From positions 36,097,852-36,139,263 of the forward strand of contig NC_057719.1 of assembly GCF_004010195.1 (NCBI RefSeq): a stretch of 41,412 bases of DNA. Direction: 5' to 3'. The notes below the pieces were generated by a model. That model saw only the letters and a program-made list of their open reading frames with translations, made no database searches and had not been told where the DNA came from. Below are positions 26,190-36,233 of this stretch, one piece after another. The translations under genes were made by a program, and so were the position numbers. Source of the stretch: Chiloscyllium plagiosum (lineage: Eukaryota). How positions within the stretch are numbered: the stretch's first letter is position 1; each line of letters starts with the position of its first letter.

Positions 26190-27632
26190 AACTGTGCTCT
26201 TCCAGTTCAGTTGCAACACTTGTATCTATCTAAGTATGTGAAAAGTTCATCAAGTATGACTTGTATACAAAAAGCAGGACAAATCCAACCCGGCCAATTA
26301 CCGTCTCATCAGTCTGCTCTCAATTGTAAGTAAAGTGATGGAAAATTTCATCAACAGTGCAATCAAGCAGCACCTGCTCAGTGGCGCCCAGTTTGGGTTC
26401 TGCCAGGGCCACTCAGCTCTGGACCTCATTACAACCTTGGCTCAAACATGGACAAAACAGCTGAATTCCAGAGGTGAGGTGAGAGTAACAACCCTTTACA
26501 TTCAACCGAGTGTGGAATCAAGGAGCCCGAGCAAAACTGAAATCAATGATGATCAAGGTGAAAACTCTTTGCTGGATAGAGTCATATCTGACACATAGGA
26601 AGATGGTTATGTGTTTTACAGGTCAGTCACCTTAGCTCAAGGACATCTCTGCAAGAATTCCTCAGACCCAACCATTTTTAGCTGCTTCATTAATGACCTT
26701 CTTTCCATCGTAAGGTTAGAAGTGGGGATGTTCGCTGATGATTGCCCAATGTTCAGAACCATTTGCAACTCTTAAGAAATTAAAGCAGACCATATTCAAA
26801 TACAACAAGATCTGGACAATATCCAGACTTGGGCTGACAGGTGGCAAGTAACATTGCCACATAAATGCCAGGCAATGATCATCTCTGATAAGAGACAGGG
26901 TAAAAACAATGACTGCAGATGCTGGAAACCAGATTCTGGATTAGTGGTGTTGGAAGGGCACGGCAGTTCAGGCAGCATCTGAGGAGCAGTAAAATCGACG
27001 TTTCGGGCAAAAGCCCTTCATCAGGGCTTTTGCCCGAAACATCGATTTTCCTGCTCCTCGGATGCTGCCTGAACTGCTGTGCTCTTCCAGCACCACTAAT
27101 CCAGAATCTGATAAGAGACAGTTTAATCACCGCCCCATGACATCCAATTGTGTTACCATCACTGAATCCCCAACAATCAACATTCTAGGGATTATCATTG
27201 ACCAGAAACTTAACTGGATTCTTCATATAAATATAATGGCTATAACAACAGATCAGAGGCTAGGAATACTGCAGTTAGTAACTCACCTCCTGACTCCCCA
27301 AAAGCCTGTTCAATTGTCTCAAAGGCGCAAGTCAGAGGTGTGATGGAATACTCCCCACTTGCCTGGATGGGTGCAGCTCCAACAACACTCAAGAAGCTTG
27401 ACATCATCCAGGACAAAGCAGCTTGCTTGATTGATGTCATATCCGCAAACATCCACTCCCTCCACCAGTGATGCTCAGTATCAGCAATATATACAATCTG
27501 CAAGATGCACTGCCAAAATTCACCAAAAATCCTTCACGAGCACCTTCCATACCTATGGTCACTTCCTTTTGGAAGGACAAGGGCTACAGATAAGTGGGAA
27601 AACTACCAGCTGCAAGTTCCCTTCCATGCCAC
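26190..27632 (+). mobile_element. CR1-group (Zenon-like) LINE RT fragment, split by a PLE insert and truncated at the ERV LTR
   Basis: NYRLISLLSIVSKVME; QFGFCQGHSALDL; GMFADD. Confidence 0.85.
26899..27106. mobile_element. 208-bp foldback PLE insert with 15-bp TSD
   Basis: TSD tctgataagagacag at 26884-26898 and 27107-27121; arms about 26930-27016 and 27023-27110; 31-bp unpaired tail. Confidence 0.9.
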
Positions 27633-28240
27633 TTAACCAAATCAGGGAAAACATAATGGGACTTGATTCAATCAAGGATGGATTCTTAGTAGATCCTTAC
27701 AGGACAAAGAACAGTGGTTTTGTATTGCTAAATGGGCAAGTGATTATCGAGGAAATGTGGGACCTTGAAAATGGTTGAAACACATTGGCGAACAGCAGGG
27801 GGTAAAACAACATTACTTTCACATGATGTGAAGGGTACTTCACTGGGCAATTGCGGTTACTGGTTGAAACGCTTAAATGAACAGCAGGGAGTAACTGCAG
27901 AGATCAATTTCAAATGCTATTGCTGCAGAAATTGACATTGCTATAGAAATTCATGTGTCTATAGACAAAACAAATACAGTTACACCCAAAACCACAGAAA
28001 CCACAAGTGTATAAGAATGCGAGCCGTGATCAGACAGTTAGCAGCTGCCTTATATCATCTATAGAGCTGTCTTATACCATCTATGCAGGTGCCTTATATC
28101 ATCTATGCAGCTGTCATGTCTTTGCAGTTGTCCTGTCCTATCCATGTATCTGCCACAGTTCTGCAATAAAGACTTAAAGAAGACATTGTGTAGTTCCCAT
28201 GCCTGGTCATTCCTATTATTGGAAAAACGAGTACCCAGCA
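27633..28240 (+). repeat. ERV 5' LTR (first ~50 bp missing)
   Basis: Aligns to 33041-33602; TATAAG 28010; AATAAA 28165; ends gtacccagCA. Confidence 0.9.
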
Positions 28241-28249
28241 ATTCTATCT

Positions 28250-28262
28250 TAGTCGGCAGTAT
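28250..28262 (+). promoter_or_regulatory. Degenerate primer-binding site, tRNA-Ser type
   Basis: TAGTCGGCAGtAT versus TGGCGTAGTCGGCAGGAT, the complement of the tRNA-Ser 3' end. Confidence 0.7.
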
Positions 28263-28302
28263 CTCAAGAGGATAAAGGGGGAGAAGACCACTTCACGCCT
28301 AG

Positions 28303-28310
28303 AGGTAAGG
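28303..28310 (+). promoter_or_regulatory. Probable ERV major splice donor
   Basis: AG|GTAAGG between PBS and gag ATG. Confidence 0.55.
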
Positions 28311-29147
28311 GCTCCTCTTACATTCACTCAGATAGAAATGACAGTCTGAAAATTTCCACTGTCTGACGTGCTCAATGATTTTGATTTGCATCTAAAGGAA
28401 TACAAACATCTGTGGCTGCAAAGGACAGGAAAGGGAGCCTTTGTCTACAACTCTTAGAGGGTGTATTTTGGTTCAAATCTAGGCAGAAAGCCAGGCATAA
28501 TCTCTAAATTAGAACTCCCTATTATAGTCAAAGATGGAAAAACACCATCTGACATTTTAGTAGATGAAGTCTCACAGAAATTAAAAGAATATATTGAGCA
28601 ACAATTTAATCAATTTAATACCTTAACTAAAGCCATCAAAAGTATCGAACCTCCACGAGATATTGGTCCCTGGATGATATAAAACTAGTTTGGATAAAAT
28701 GTACTCCTCTAAAAGATAAAGATCCAATGGTCACTGCACGTAATAATTTAAAAAATTGAATCATGAGAGAAAAATTCACAACCTAAAAGAACAATTAAAA
28801 ACAGTTTGTGCAGAATTGAAAACTACGAGTAGCGCGCTCCATGCCCTGAGGCAAGTTTGGCAACCTCTAGCAGCTCAGAAGATAGTGAGTGTCCCCCTGT
28901 TGCCATGAGACCAGTATGAATGAAATGGCAGAAAGGGAGGAAAATAAAAGTTGAAGAACAAGGGAGCACAGTTGCTAGGTAAGAATATACCCAATGGGCA
29001 ATCCATAAGACCCCTGATCCACAATTAGTTCAGAGATGGTCCAAAGAAGGGAGGTATGAGGACATGGAATGAGTTAGAAAAACTCAAGGACCTATATACC
29101 TGACATCACATGGACAGATTTCAAATCCTGTCTGTCATAGAATCCCT

Positions 29148-30442
29148 GCTGAAAATATGTTGCTGGAAAAGCGCAGCAGGTCAGGCAGCATCCAAGGAGC
29201 AGGAGAATCGACGTTTCAGGCATGAGCCCTTCTTCAGGAATGAGGAAAGTTTGTCCAGCAGGCTAAGATAAAAGGTAGGGAGGAGGGACTTGGGGGAGGG
29301 GTGTTGGAAATGCGATAGGTGGAAGGAGGTTAAGTGANNNNNNNNNNNNNNNNNNNNNNNNNNNNNNNNNNNNNNNNNNNNNNNNNNNNNNNNNNNNNNN
29401 NNNNNNNNNNNNNNNNNNNNNNNNNNNNNNNNNNNNNNNNNNNNNNNNNNNNNNNNNNNNNNNNNNNNNNNNNNNNNNNNNNNNNNNNNNNNNNNNNNNN
29501 NNNNNNNNNNNNNNNNNNNNNNNNNNNNNNNNNNNNNNNNNNNNNNNNNNNNNNNNNNNNNNNNNNNNNNNNNNNNNNNNNNNNNNNNNNNNNNNNNNNN
29601 NNNNNNNNNNNNNNNNNNNNNNNNNNNNNNNNNNNNNNNNNNNNNNNNNNNNNNNNNNNNNNNNNNNNNNNNNNNNNNNNNNNNNNNNNNNNNNNNNNNN
29701 NNNNNNNNNNNNNNNNNNNNNNNNNNNNNNNNNNNNNNNNNNNNNNNNNNNNNNNNNNNNNNNNNNNNNNNNNNNNNNNNNNNNNNNNNNNNNNNNNNNN
29801 NNNNNNNNNNNNNNNNNNNNNNNNNNNNNNNNNNNNNNNNNNNNNNNNNNNNNNNNNNNNNNNNNNNNNNNNNNNNNNNNNNNNNNNNNNNNNNNNNNNN
29901 NNNNNNNNNNNNNNNNNNNNNNNNNNNNNNNNNNNNNNNNNNNNNNNNNNNNNNNNNNNNNNNNNNNNNNNNNNNNNNNNNNNNNNNNNNNNNNNNNNNN
30001 NNNNNNNNNNNNNNNNNNNNNNNNNNNNNNNNNNNNNNNNNNNNNNNNNNNNNNNNNNNNNNNNNNNNNNNNNNNNNNNNNNNNNNNNNNNNNNNNNNNN
30101 NNNNNNNNNNNNNNNNNNNNNNNNNNNNNNNNNNNNNNNNNNNNNNNNNNNNNNNNNNNNNNNNNNNNNNNNNNNNNNNNNNNNNNNNNNNNNNNNNNNN
30201 NNNNNNNNNNNNNNNNNNNNNNNNNNNNNTCCACCTATCGCATTTCCAACGCCCCTCCCCCAAGTCCCTCTTCCCTACCTTTTATCTTAGCCTGCTTGGC
30301 ACACTATCCTCATTCCTGAAGAAGGGCTCATGCCCGAAACGTCGATTCTCCTGCTCCTTGGATGCTGCCTGACCTGCTGCGCTTTTCCAGCAACACATTT
30401 TCAGCTCTGACCTCCAGCATCTGCAGTCCTCACTTTCTCCTT
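29148..30442. mobile_element. Penelope-like element with inverted pLTRs, centre in a gap
   Basis: Inverted arms 29148-29323 and 30230-30405, 37-bp tail, TSD tgtcat(a/c)gaatccct at 29133-29147 and 30443-30457; hammerheads 29205-29237(-) and 30316-30348(+). Confidence 0.85.
29338..30229. other. Assembly gap (892 N)
   Basis: N run. Confidence 1.
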
Positions 30443-30762
30443 TGTCATCGAATCCCTACATTGTGAAAACAGACTATTTGGCACAACAAGTCCACACCAA
30501 CCCTCTGAATAGTAACCCACACAGACCCATTCCCCAACCCTATTACTCTGCATTTATCCCTGACTAATGCTCATAACCTACACATCCCTGAACACTATGG
30601 GAAATTTAGCATATCAATTCACCTAACTTGCATATCTTTGGACTATGGGAGGAAATCCACACAGGCACAGGGAGAATGTGCAAATTCCACACCGTCATCC
30701 GAGGCTGGAATTGAACCCAGGTCCCTGGCACTGTGAGGTAGCAGAGCAGCCATTGTGCTGCC
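30443..30762 (-). mobile_element. HE1-type SINE inserted in ERV gag
   Basis: Homologous to 6250-6590; box B GGTTCAATTCC on the minus strand. Confidence 0.85.
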
Positions 30763-31417
30763 ATAGTGGATGGCAATGCAGGACAAAAATTGTATTCCAG
30801 AGTTAAGGACCGTATCAACAGGATTTAAAGGATAGCTGGTGGGCAATCTAAAGTTGGCTTCATGAATATGGTCCATCCAGAACCAATTGGGGTAAAATAA
30901 TGGCATGCCAACAGAAGGGAAATGAAGATGTTAGAAATTTTGTAGGGAGCTGTGGTGAAGTGTGGATTGAGCATTCTAGACCAGCTCCTAATGGCAATCC
31001 AGAGGAATTAGAAGGTCAAATTTGGACCCATTAAAAAGCAGGCTTGAAGCCCAAACTGGCAAAAATGTTAAAAATACAATGCCATGATTTGGATAAAAAA
31101 ATTCATGCACTCTTGGCAATATAATAGAAGAAGCCAATTGCTAGGAGAGATATATGGAATCAAAACTCAGAACAATGCAGACTGTAAGGGCTACTAACAC
31201 TGAAAAAACACCCTTGGAAGTGCTACAATTGTGGAAAGGAGGGCCATTGTGCTAAAAGTTGTAGGTTAAAAACAAAAGTCTGGGTGAAAAACAAGCTCCC
31301 AAGTCAGATAAAATAAGCATCTGTATGGCATAAACTGCCTTTAAAGGAGCACCTTCCTCTATTGGAGCAACTCCAGGACTATACAGAATCTCAGGTGAAA
31401 GAGCTTATCAATCTCTC

Positions 31418-32735
31418 AAAAAACGAACACAGCCCACTTCCAATATTTTAGTTCCTTTTTCAGCAGTGTTAGAAAACCAACTGGATGGCTGCTATGTTGT
31501 GATGTGGTGGGCGAGAAGGAAATTGTCTTTTAGACATTGGTGCAGAGCTAACATGTTTACCTATAAGTGATTTAACTTTGGAGGGAGAGAAAGAAACACA
31601 CCTGGAGTGGGAAGAAAGGAACTAAAAATTGTAAAGGCCAAGATATTCCCAACAAGGCCAGGACCACACAAGATTGTTAAATCTGGCTGGGTCAGTCTCG
31701 TACAACAAGCCTTATGGATGTATTAACTCAAATACATTTGTCATTACACTTCGAGAACGGCCAATACGGCCCCTTAAACAAGAAGAATGGCGGGATAATC
31801 AAATGTGGACAAAGGATAAAAGTGACTGTGGCCTGTTAAAGATGACCCTGGTTATTTTCACTGGAATTGCTCTGCCATGAACTTAACAGTACCCCATCAG
31901 TTCTGCCTCTATTGCTGGTATTCTACTCCTAATCAAACGATTAGAGCATAAAGGTGTACTGATGAAAGTCCACAGTTCACCTAATAGCCTGGTATGGCCA
32001 GTTAAAAAGCCTGATGGAACCTGACATCTGACAGTAGACTACAGGCGAGTGAACCAGTGAATGAATTAAAAAGCACCCTTGGTTGCAGACCCCTCTAGCA
32101 TTTTTAAATCTCTGTCATTAAAACACAGATTCTTTTCAGTGATTGACATGACCAATGGATTTTGGTCGGTTCACCTGGCCCAAGAGGTACAACCATGGTT
32201 TGTGTTTTTACACCATCCAACAACAACAGTATACCTGGATGTGTTTACCACAGGCTTTTACAGTAGCCCTACTGTATTCCATATGGCTTTGCAAAATCAT
32301 TTGCAGAACCGTGTCTGATGGCATCAACGGTAATTCAACACATGGATGATATTCTAATAGCATCCCGAACAACATAGGGAGGATTTGTGTGTCCTCCTTG
32401 GCCATTTATGCTCCCATGGCCATAAGGCAAAACTTAAGAGTGCACAAATTGCCCAAGAAGAGGCGTTATACTTGGGATAAAAGATTTCAGCAGGGAAATG
32501 TGAAATAATTCTGGATCTGACAAGTGCTGTTAGTTATGCCTCCCAACAGATTGCAGTGGCATGAGGTGATCCTCCCGAAAGTGGACACGACTTAATTCCA
32601 GCACCTGGGTCTACATCAAAAACATACACAAAGAACCGCTGGGTGTCAAGTGGGAAGGCCCGTGTCAAGTTCTCCTGACAACACAATCAGCCATGAATGT
32701 GCAAGAAAAGATAGCTTGGATACATGCATCAAAAG
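31418..32735 (+). pseudogene. pol: ERV pro-pol: protease, RT, large deletion, integrase C-terminus
   Basis: LLDIGAELTC (31527-31556); WTKDKSDCGLL; QYPI; NSLVWPVKKPDGT; VDYRRVN; FSVIDMTNGFWSV; QYTWMCLPQ; IQHMDDILIAS; GHKAK; IN end WVYIK...KWEGPCQVLLTTQSA...WIHAS. Confidence 0.9.
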
Positions 32736-32756
32736 AGCTAACACTCCTGCTCCACC

Positions 32757-32961
32757 ATGAAGAACCTTACTCTGTTTGTGGGACTTGCAATTGTTTCAAT
32801 CTCTCTGGTAATGTGTACTCCATTGCAAAATGTGAGTCGAATGTTGACACATTCCTGTATTCATCTTATACATACGTAAGGAAAAATAATGTTTTCTCAC
32901 TTTATATGCTTGTGTTCAATATTTCAAATGTTATCTGCTCCGTTTACGTAATGATTCTTAG
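32757..32961 (+). pseudogene. env: ERV env remnant: signal peptide joined to a TM-like remnant
   Basis: ccaccATG then MKNLTLFVGLAIVSISLVMCTP; with a 1-nt shift MLTHPVFILYI...CFLTLYACVQYFKCYLLRLRNDS*; lies between IN and PPT. Confidence 0.55.
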
Positions 32962-32977
32962 TAAGTTATTAAGAATC

Positions 32978-32991
32978 GAAAAAGGGTGGAG
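32978..32991 (+). promoter_or_regulatory. Polypurine tract
   Basis: gaaaaagggtggag immediately before the 3' LTR. Confidence 0.8.
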
Positions 32992-33602
32992 TTATGGGAT
33001 TCAGTGGAAGCCCATCGAACATGAAAGGGTTAAGTTGGATTTAATTATACCAGGAAAACATATTGAGACTTGATTAGATCAGGGATGAGTTCTTGGCAGA
33101 TACTTATAGGGCAATAACTGTGGCTTTGCATTGCTAAATGGGACGTGATTATAGAGGGAATGGTTGAAGCACATCGGTGAACAGCAGAGGGTAACCACAA
33201 TATTAGTTTCACTGCAATATTACCTCCAGTGAAGGTACCTCCAGGGGATTAACTGCAGAGATCAGTTTGAAATGCCATTGCTTTTGAAATTAACATGTCT
33301 CTAGTCAGAACAAATTCAATTACACCCAAAACCACAGAAACCACAAGTTTATAAGAACGTGAGCTGTGATCAGACAGGTAACAGCTGCCTTATAACATTT
33401 TATGAGGCTATCTTATACCATCTATGCAGCTGCCTTATACCATCTATGAAGCTGCCTTATACATCTATGAAGCTGTCATGTCTTTGCAGTTGTCTTGTAC
33501 CACCCATGTAACCACAACACTTCTGCAATAAAGATTTAAAGAAGACATTGTGTAATTCCTGTGCCTGGTTTTTCCTATTATTGGGAAAACGAGTACCCAA
33601 CA
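32992..33602 (+). repeat. ERV 3' LTR (about 611 bp)
   Basis: TATAAG 33350; AATAAA 33527; ends gtacccaaCA; start uncertain by a few bases (no intact TG). Confidence 0.9.
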
Positions 33603-33835
33603 ATGTGTTTGTGATGACATTTTGCTGGAGTTGTCTGAAATGGCGGAGAATGATCCTCTGCATGTGGAGGCTGGTTGGATAAAAACTGAGGACAGAGGGA
33701 ACCCAATCACGCTGTTGTGAGTGATGGGAAGGGGCAAGGGCAGATGCACAGATGGGAGGTCAGATGCGGTTGAGGGCCTTGTCAACCATAATGTGTGGGA
33801 AACCACGGTCGTGGACGAAGCAAGCCATGTCTCGA
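33603..33835 (-). mobile_element. Penelope-like ORF fragment
   Basis: VPSVLSFYPTSLHMQRIILRHFRQLQ, resembling the PLE RT-endonuclease linker. Confidence 0.65.
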
Positions 33836-36107
33836 TCCCCTAATAAGAATTAATTAAGCTTGAGTTATCCATGTTATTTATTAAAAAGAAATAGTTTTTT
33901 TATCTCTAAGTTTCTCTTATGCAGGCGAGATCTTAATGTGGCCAACTGTCCAGGATTTTCCTGGAATTTCTAGACGTCAACTTTGAGGACACTACTGTTT
34001 GCAACTGTTAAGAAAGACCACAGGGACATTGAAAAGATTGACTTTTGTTTGTCATTTTCTTTTTCAAGTGCAAAAATATTGGAAACTGAAGAAAAAAGAC
34101 TGTTTGGCTGGCAATCAAATTTCATGCAATTAGTTGGCGAATCTTTTTGCTTCTCAACTGGCATTGCATTGCAGTGATGAGTGTTTGGTCAACTACAGGG
34201 TGTAGCATGGTTAAAACTGTGATAGTATAAATTTCAGAACGCTAATACCTGTTCATAGATTGAAAGAAGCGGCAATAACTCTGCCTTGAATAAACTATTA
34301 AAAGACAATGACAAACTTACACAGGAATTGAAAGCATTTAGTCTGTCTGAGAGAAGGAGTCAAGGCTACATGAACAAAACTGTTTTGACATCTACTTGAT
34401 AACTGGCAGCTTTATGGCACAAGGATAACTGATTGCCTTGCAGAAGAATTTAAGGAGTTAATCACAGAAAACTGGTGTTTTCAAACAGACAGCTAACAGC
34501 GAGAGGAGTTACTTCTGAGAAGCAAACAAGCTGCAGACTCAAGGACTCCAAAAGGGGAATCAACATTTTGGATGAAAACATCTGAAGATCATCAATAATA
34601 TTACACCATAGACCCAAAGGCTGAAAAGTTGTATGAGAATCCAACACCAGAATGTTTCATTAGCAGAACTTTGAAGAACAACACTGTACAAGGATCCAAC
34701 CCTGGACATCAGAGCCAGGCATTGTTGGTTGGGTTTGTAGCTAAATTCCACGATTAATCACTTATAGCCATGTTGAGTTGTGAGATTTGCTTACTTGAGG
34801 GGTCTTATTTTGGATGTTATGTGCAATAAAGTTTAAATCATTATTTCAGTACTTGATTATCTATGAGTTTTCTGAATAAGTAGCTGAATTAAAGGTAACT
34901 TGTGGTGACATAGCCACAACAAAACCATGTGAAGTAACCTTCAGAAATAAGTTCAATTAAAATTGGCACCCCTATGAAACCCTAAAGGTTCTGGTAGTTT
35001 CATATAAATGTAGGAGTTGCAGCACAAACAGAACTGACTCTTTTATTGCACCTATACAAATTTGCAAACCTTTGTGTGGACGTATAACTCTATGCTTCAT
35101 TTTATCATTCTTCTCACAACTATTTTGTTATTTTATGTTTATCTTTCCAACTACTTATTCAAATAGTTTAAATGATATGACCATCCATCATGACGTATAA
35201 TGTCTTTTGAAGTTGTGTGCCAACCTTGCTTGTTTTCTTATTTATAAACAACAAAGTAGAGAGATGGGTAAATGTTCTTCCCTATCTTCCCTTCCCTCGT
35301 CATCTGTCTAAACTTCAAGCAGGAAATCTCAGGCCTTTGACTGCTGTTGAATTGTTGCTGCCAGAGAAGCCCTGCAATGTTGAAAATCATCCTGTGCCCC
35401 TCATTAAGAAATTATTGTCACCCTCCAGTTCAGCCTGGCTGCAGAACTGCTGACCCTTTCATTTGCAGGGATCCATGGAAGGATGTAGCAGTAGCTCTTT
35501 ACAGCTGTCCCTGTGCTAGATCAAAGTCAGTAAGATGAAATGAAAGGGCATGGGAGAGGTGCAAGTGTCCTTTTCACAACTAGAAGGTGAGAAGGAATCA
35601 GGCCTTTTGTTTGCTGTGGGTGCAGGTATCAGTATGTTTGCTGAGAAACTTCAGGAAATTTCAGGGTAATAGGTGATGACTTGATATAATTAGTCTTTGT
35701 CCCTGTTTCTTTGCTAATCTTGAACGCCTGGCACTGGGCAAGAGAGAATATGAGTTGTGTTTGTGAGAATGTGAGCTCTGTGTGTATGGCTTCTCCTCTG
35801 TCTGGTTGTCTGCCGACACTACACTCTGTCCCTGAGAGGTTGAAGCAACTACAGTGAGGTGAGGTTTCCTCATTTGCCTCTTGCCTTGCCTTTGATGCTG
35901 TGCACCAATGGTTACAGCCATGAAGTGCAAATCTGTGCACATCCCCAGTACAGTATAAACTGGGTGTGTTGGACTTTGTCTCCATGGCAGTTTTCAACCC
36001 TTTCATTGAGACAGCCAGGCACATGAATCCCAAGGCAATGCTGACAATATTAGGATCATAGAATCCTTAAATGTTGATGGATTCCTCTGTCAGTTGATCC
36101 AGTTTAC

Positions 36108-36148
36108 CGACTGCCTCTGCGAAGCAAGCCTGCTGCTCCTGTGCCTAC
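36108..36148 (-). CDS. Candidate internal exon (VGTGAAGLLRRGSR)
   Basis: tatacAG acceptor after an 85-nt intron; GTAAAC donor; phase 0 to 2 matches both neighbours. Confidence 0.55.
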
Positions 36149-36233
36149 CTGTATAATTTGGCAAAGTCATTAATGACCAAGACCAATGGACAAGTTCAAA
36201 ACTGGAAAATTCAGCCCAAAACCATTCACTTAC

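Larger units (their letters stand above)
28338..31451 (+). pseudogene. gag: ERV gag, frameshifted and interrupted by SINE and PLE
   Basis: ATG 28338; MHR-like TNWGKIMACQQKGNEDVRNF near 30880-30940; CYNCGKEGHCAKSC at 31221-31262; stop 31449-31451. Confidence 0.8.
27633..33602 (+). mobile_element. Degenerate endogenous retrovirus (LTR-PBS-gag-pro-pol with deletion-env remnant-PPT-LTR), lokiretrovirus/class III-like
   Basis: Paired LTRs, PBS, splice donor, gag MHR and CCHC, protease, retroviral RT and IN C-terminal motifs, PPT. Confidence 0.9.

Noticed and set aside
28043..28115. CRISPR-like repeats
   Set aside because: Head-to-tail units without spacers inside a vertebrate LTR
32693..33073. 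126-aa ORF as an ERV accessory gene
   Set aside because: It is the IN tail reading through the env deletion junction and PPT into the LTR
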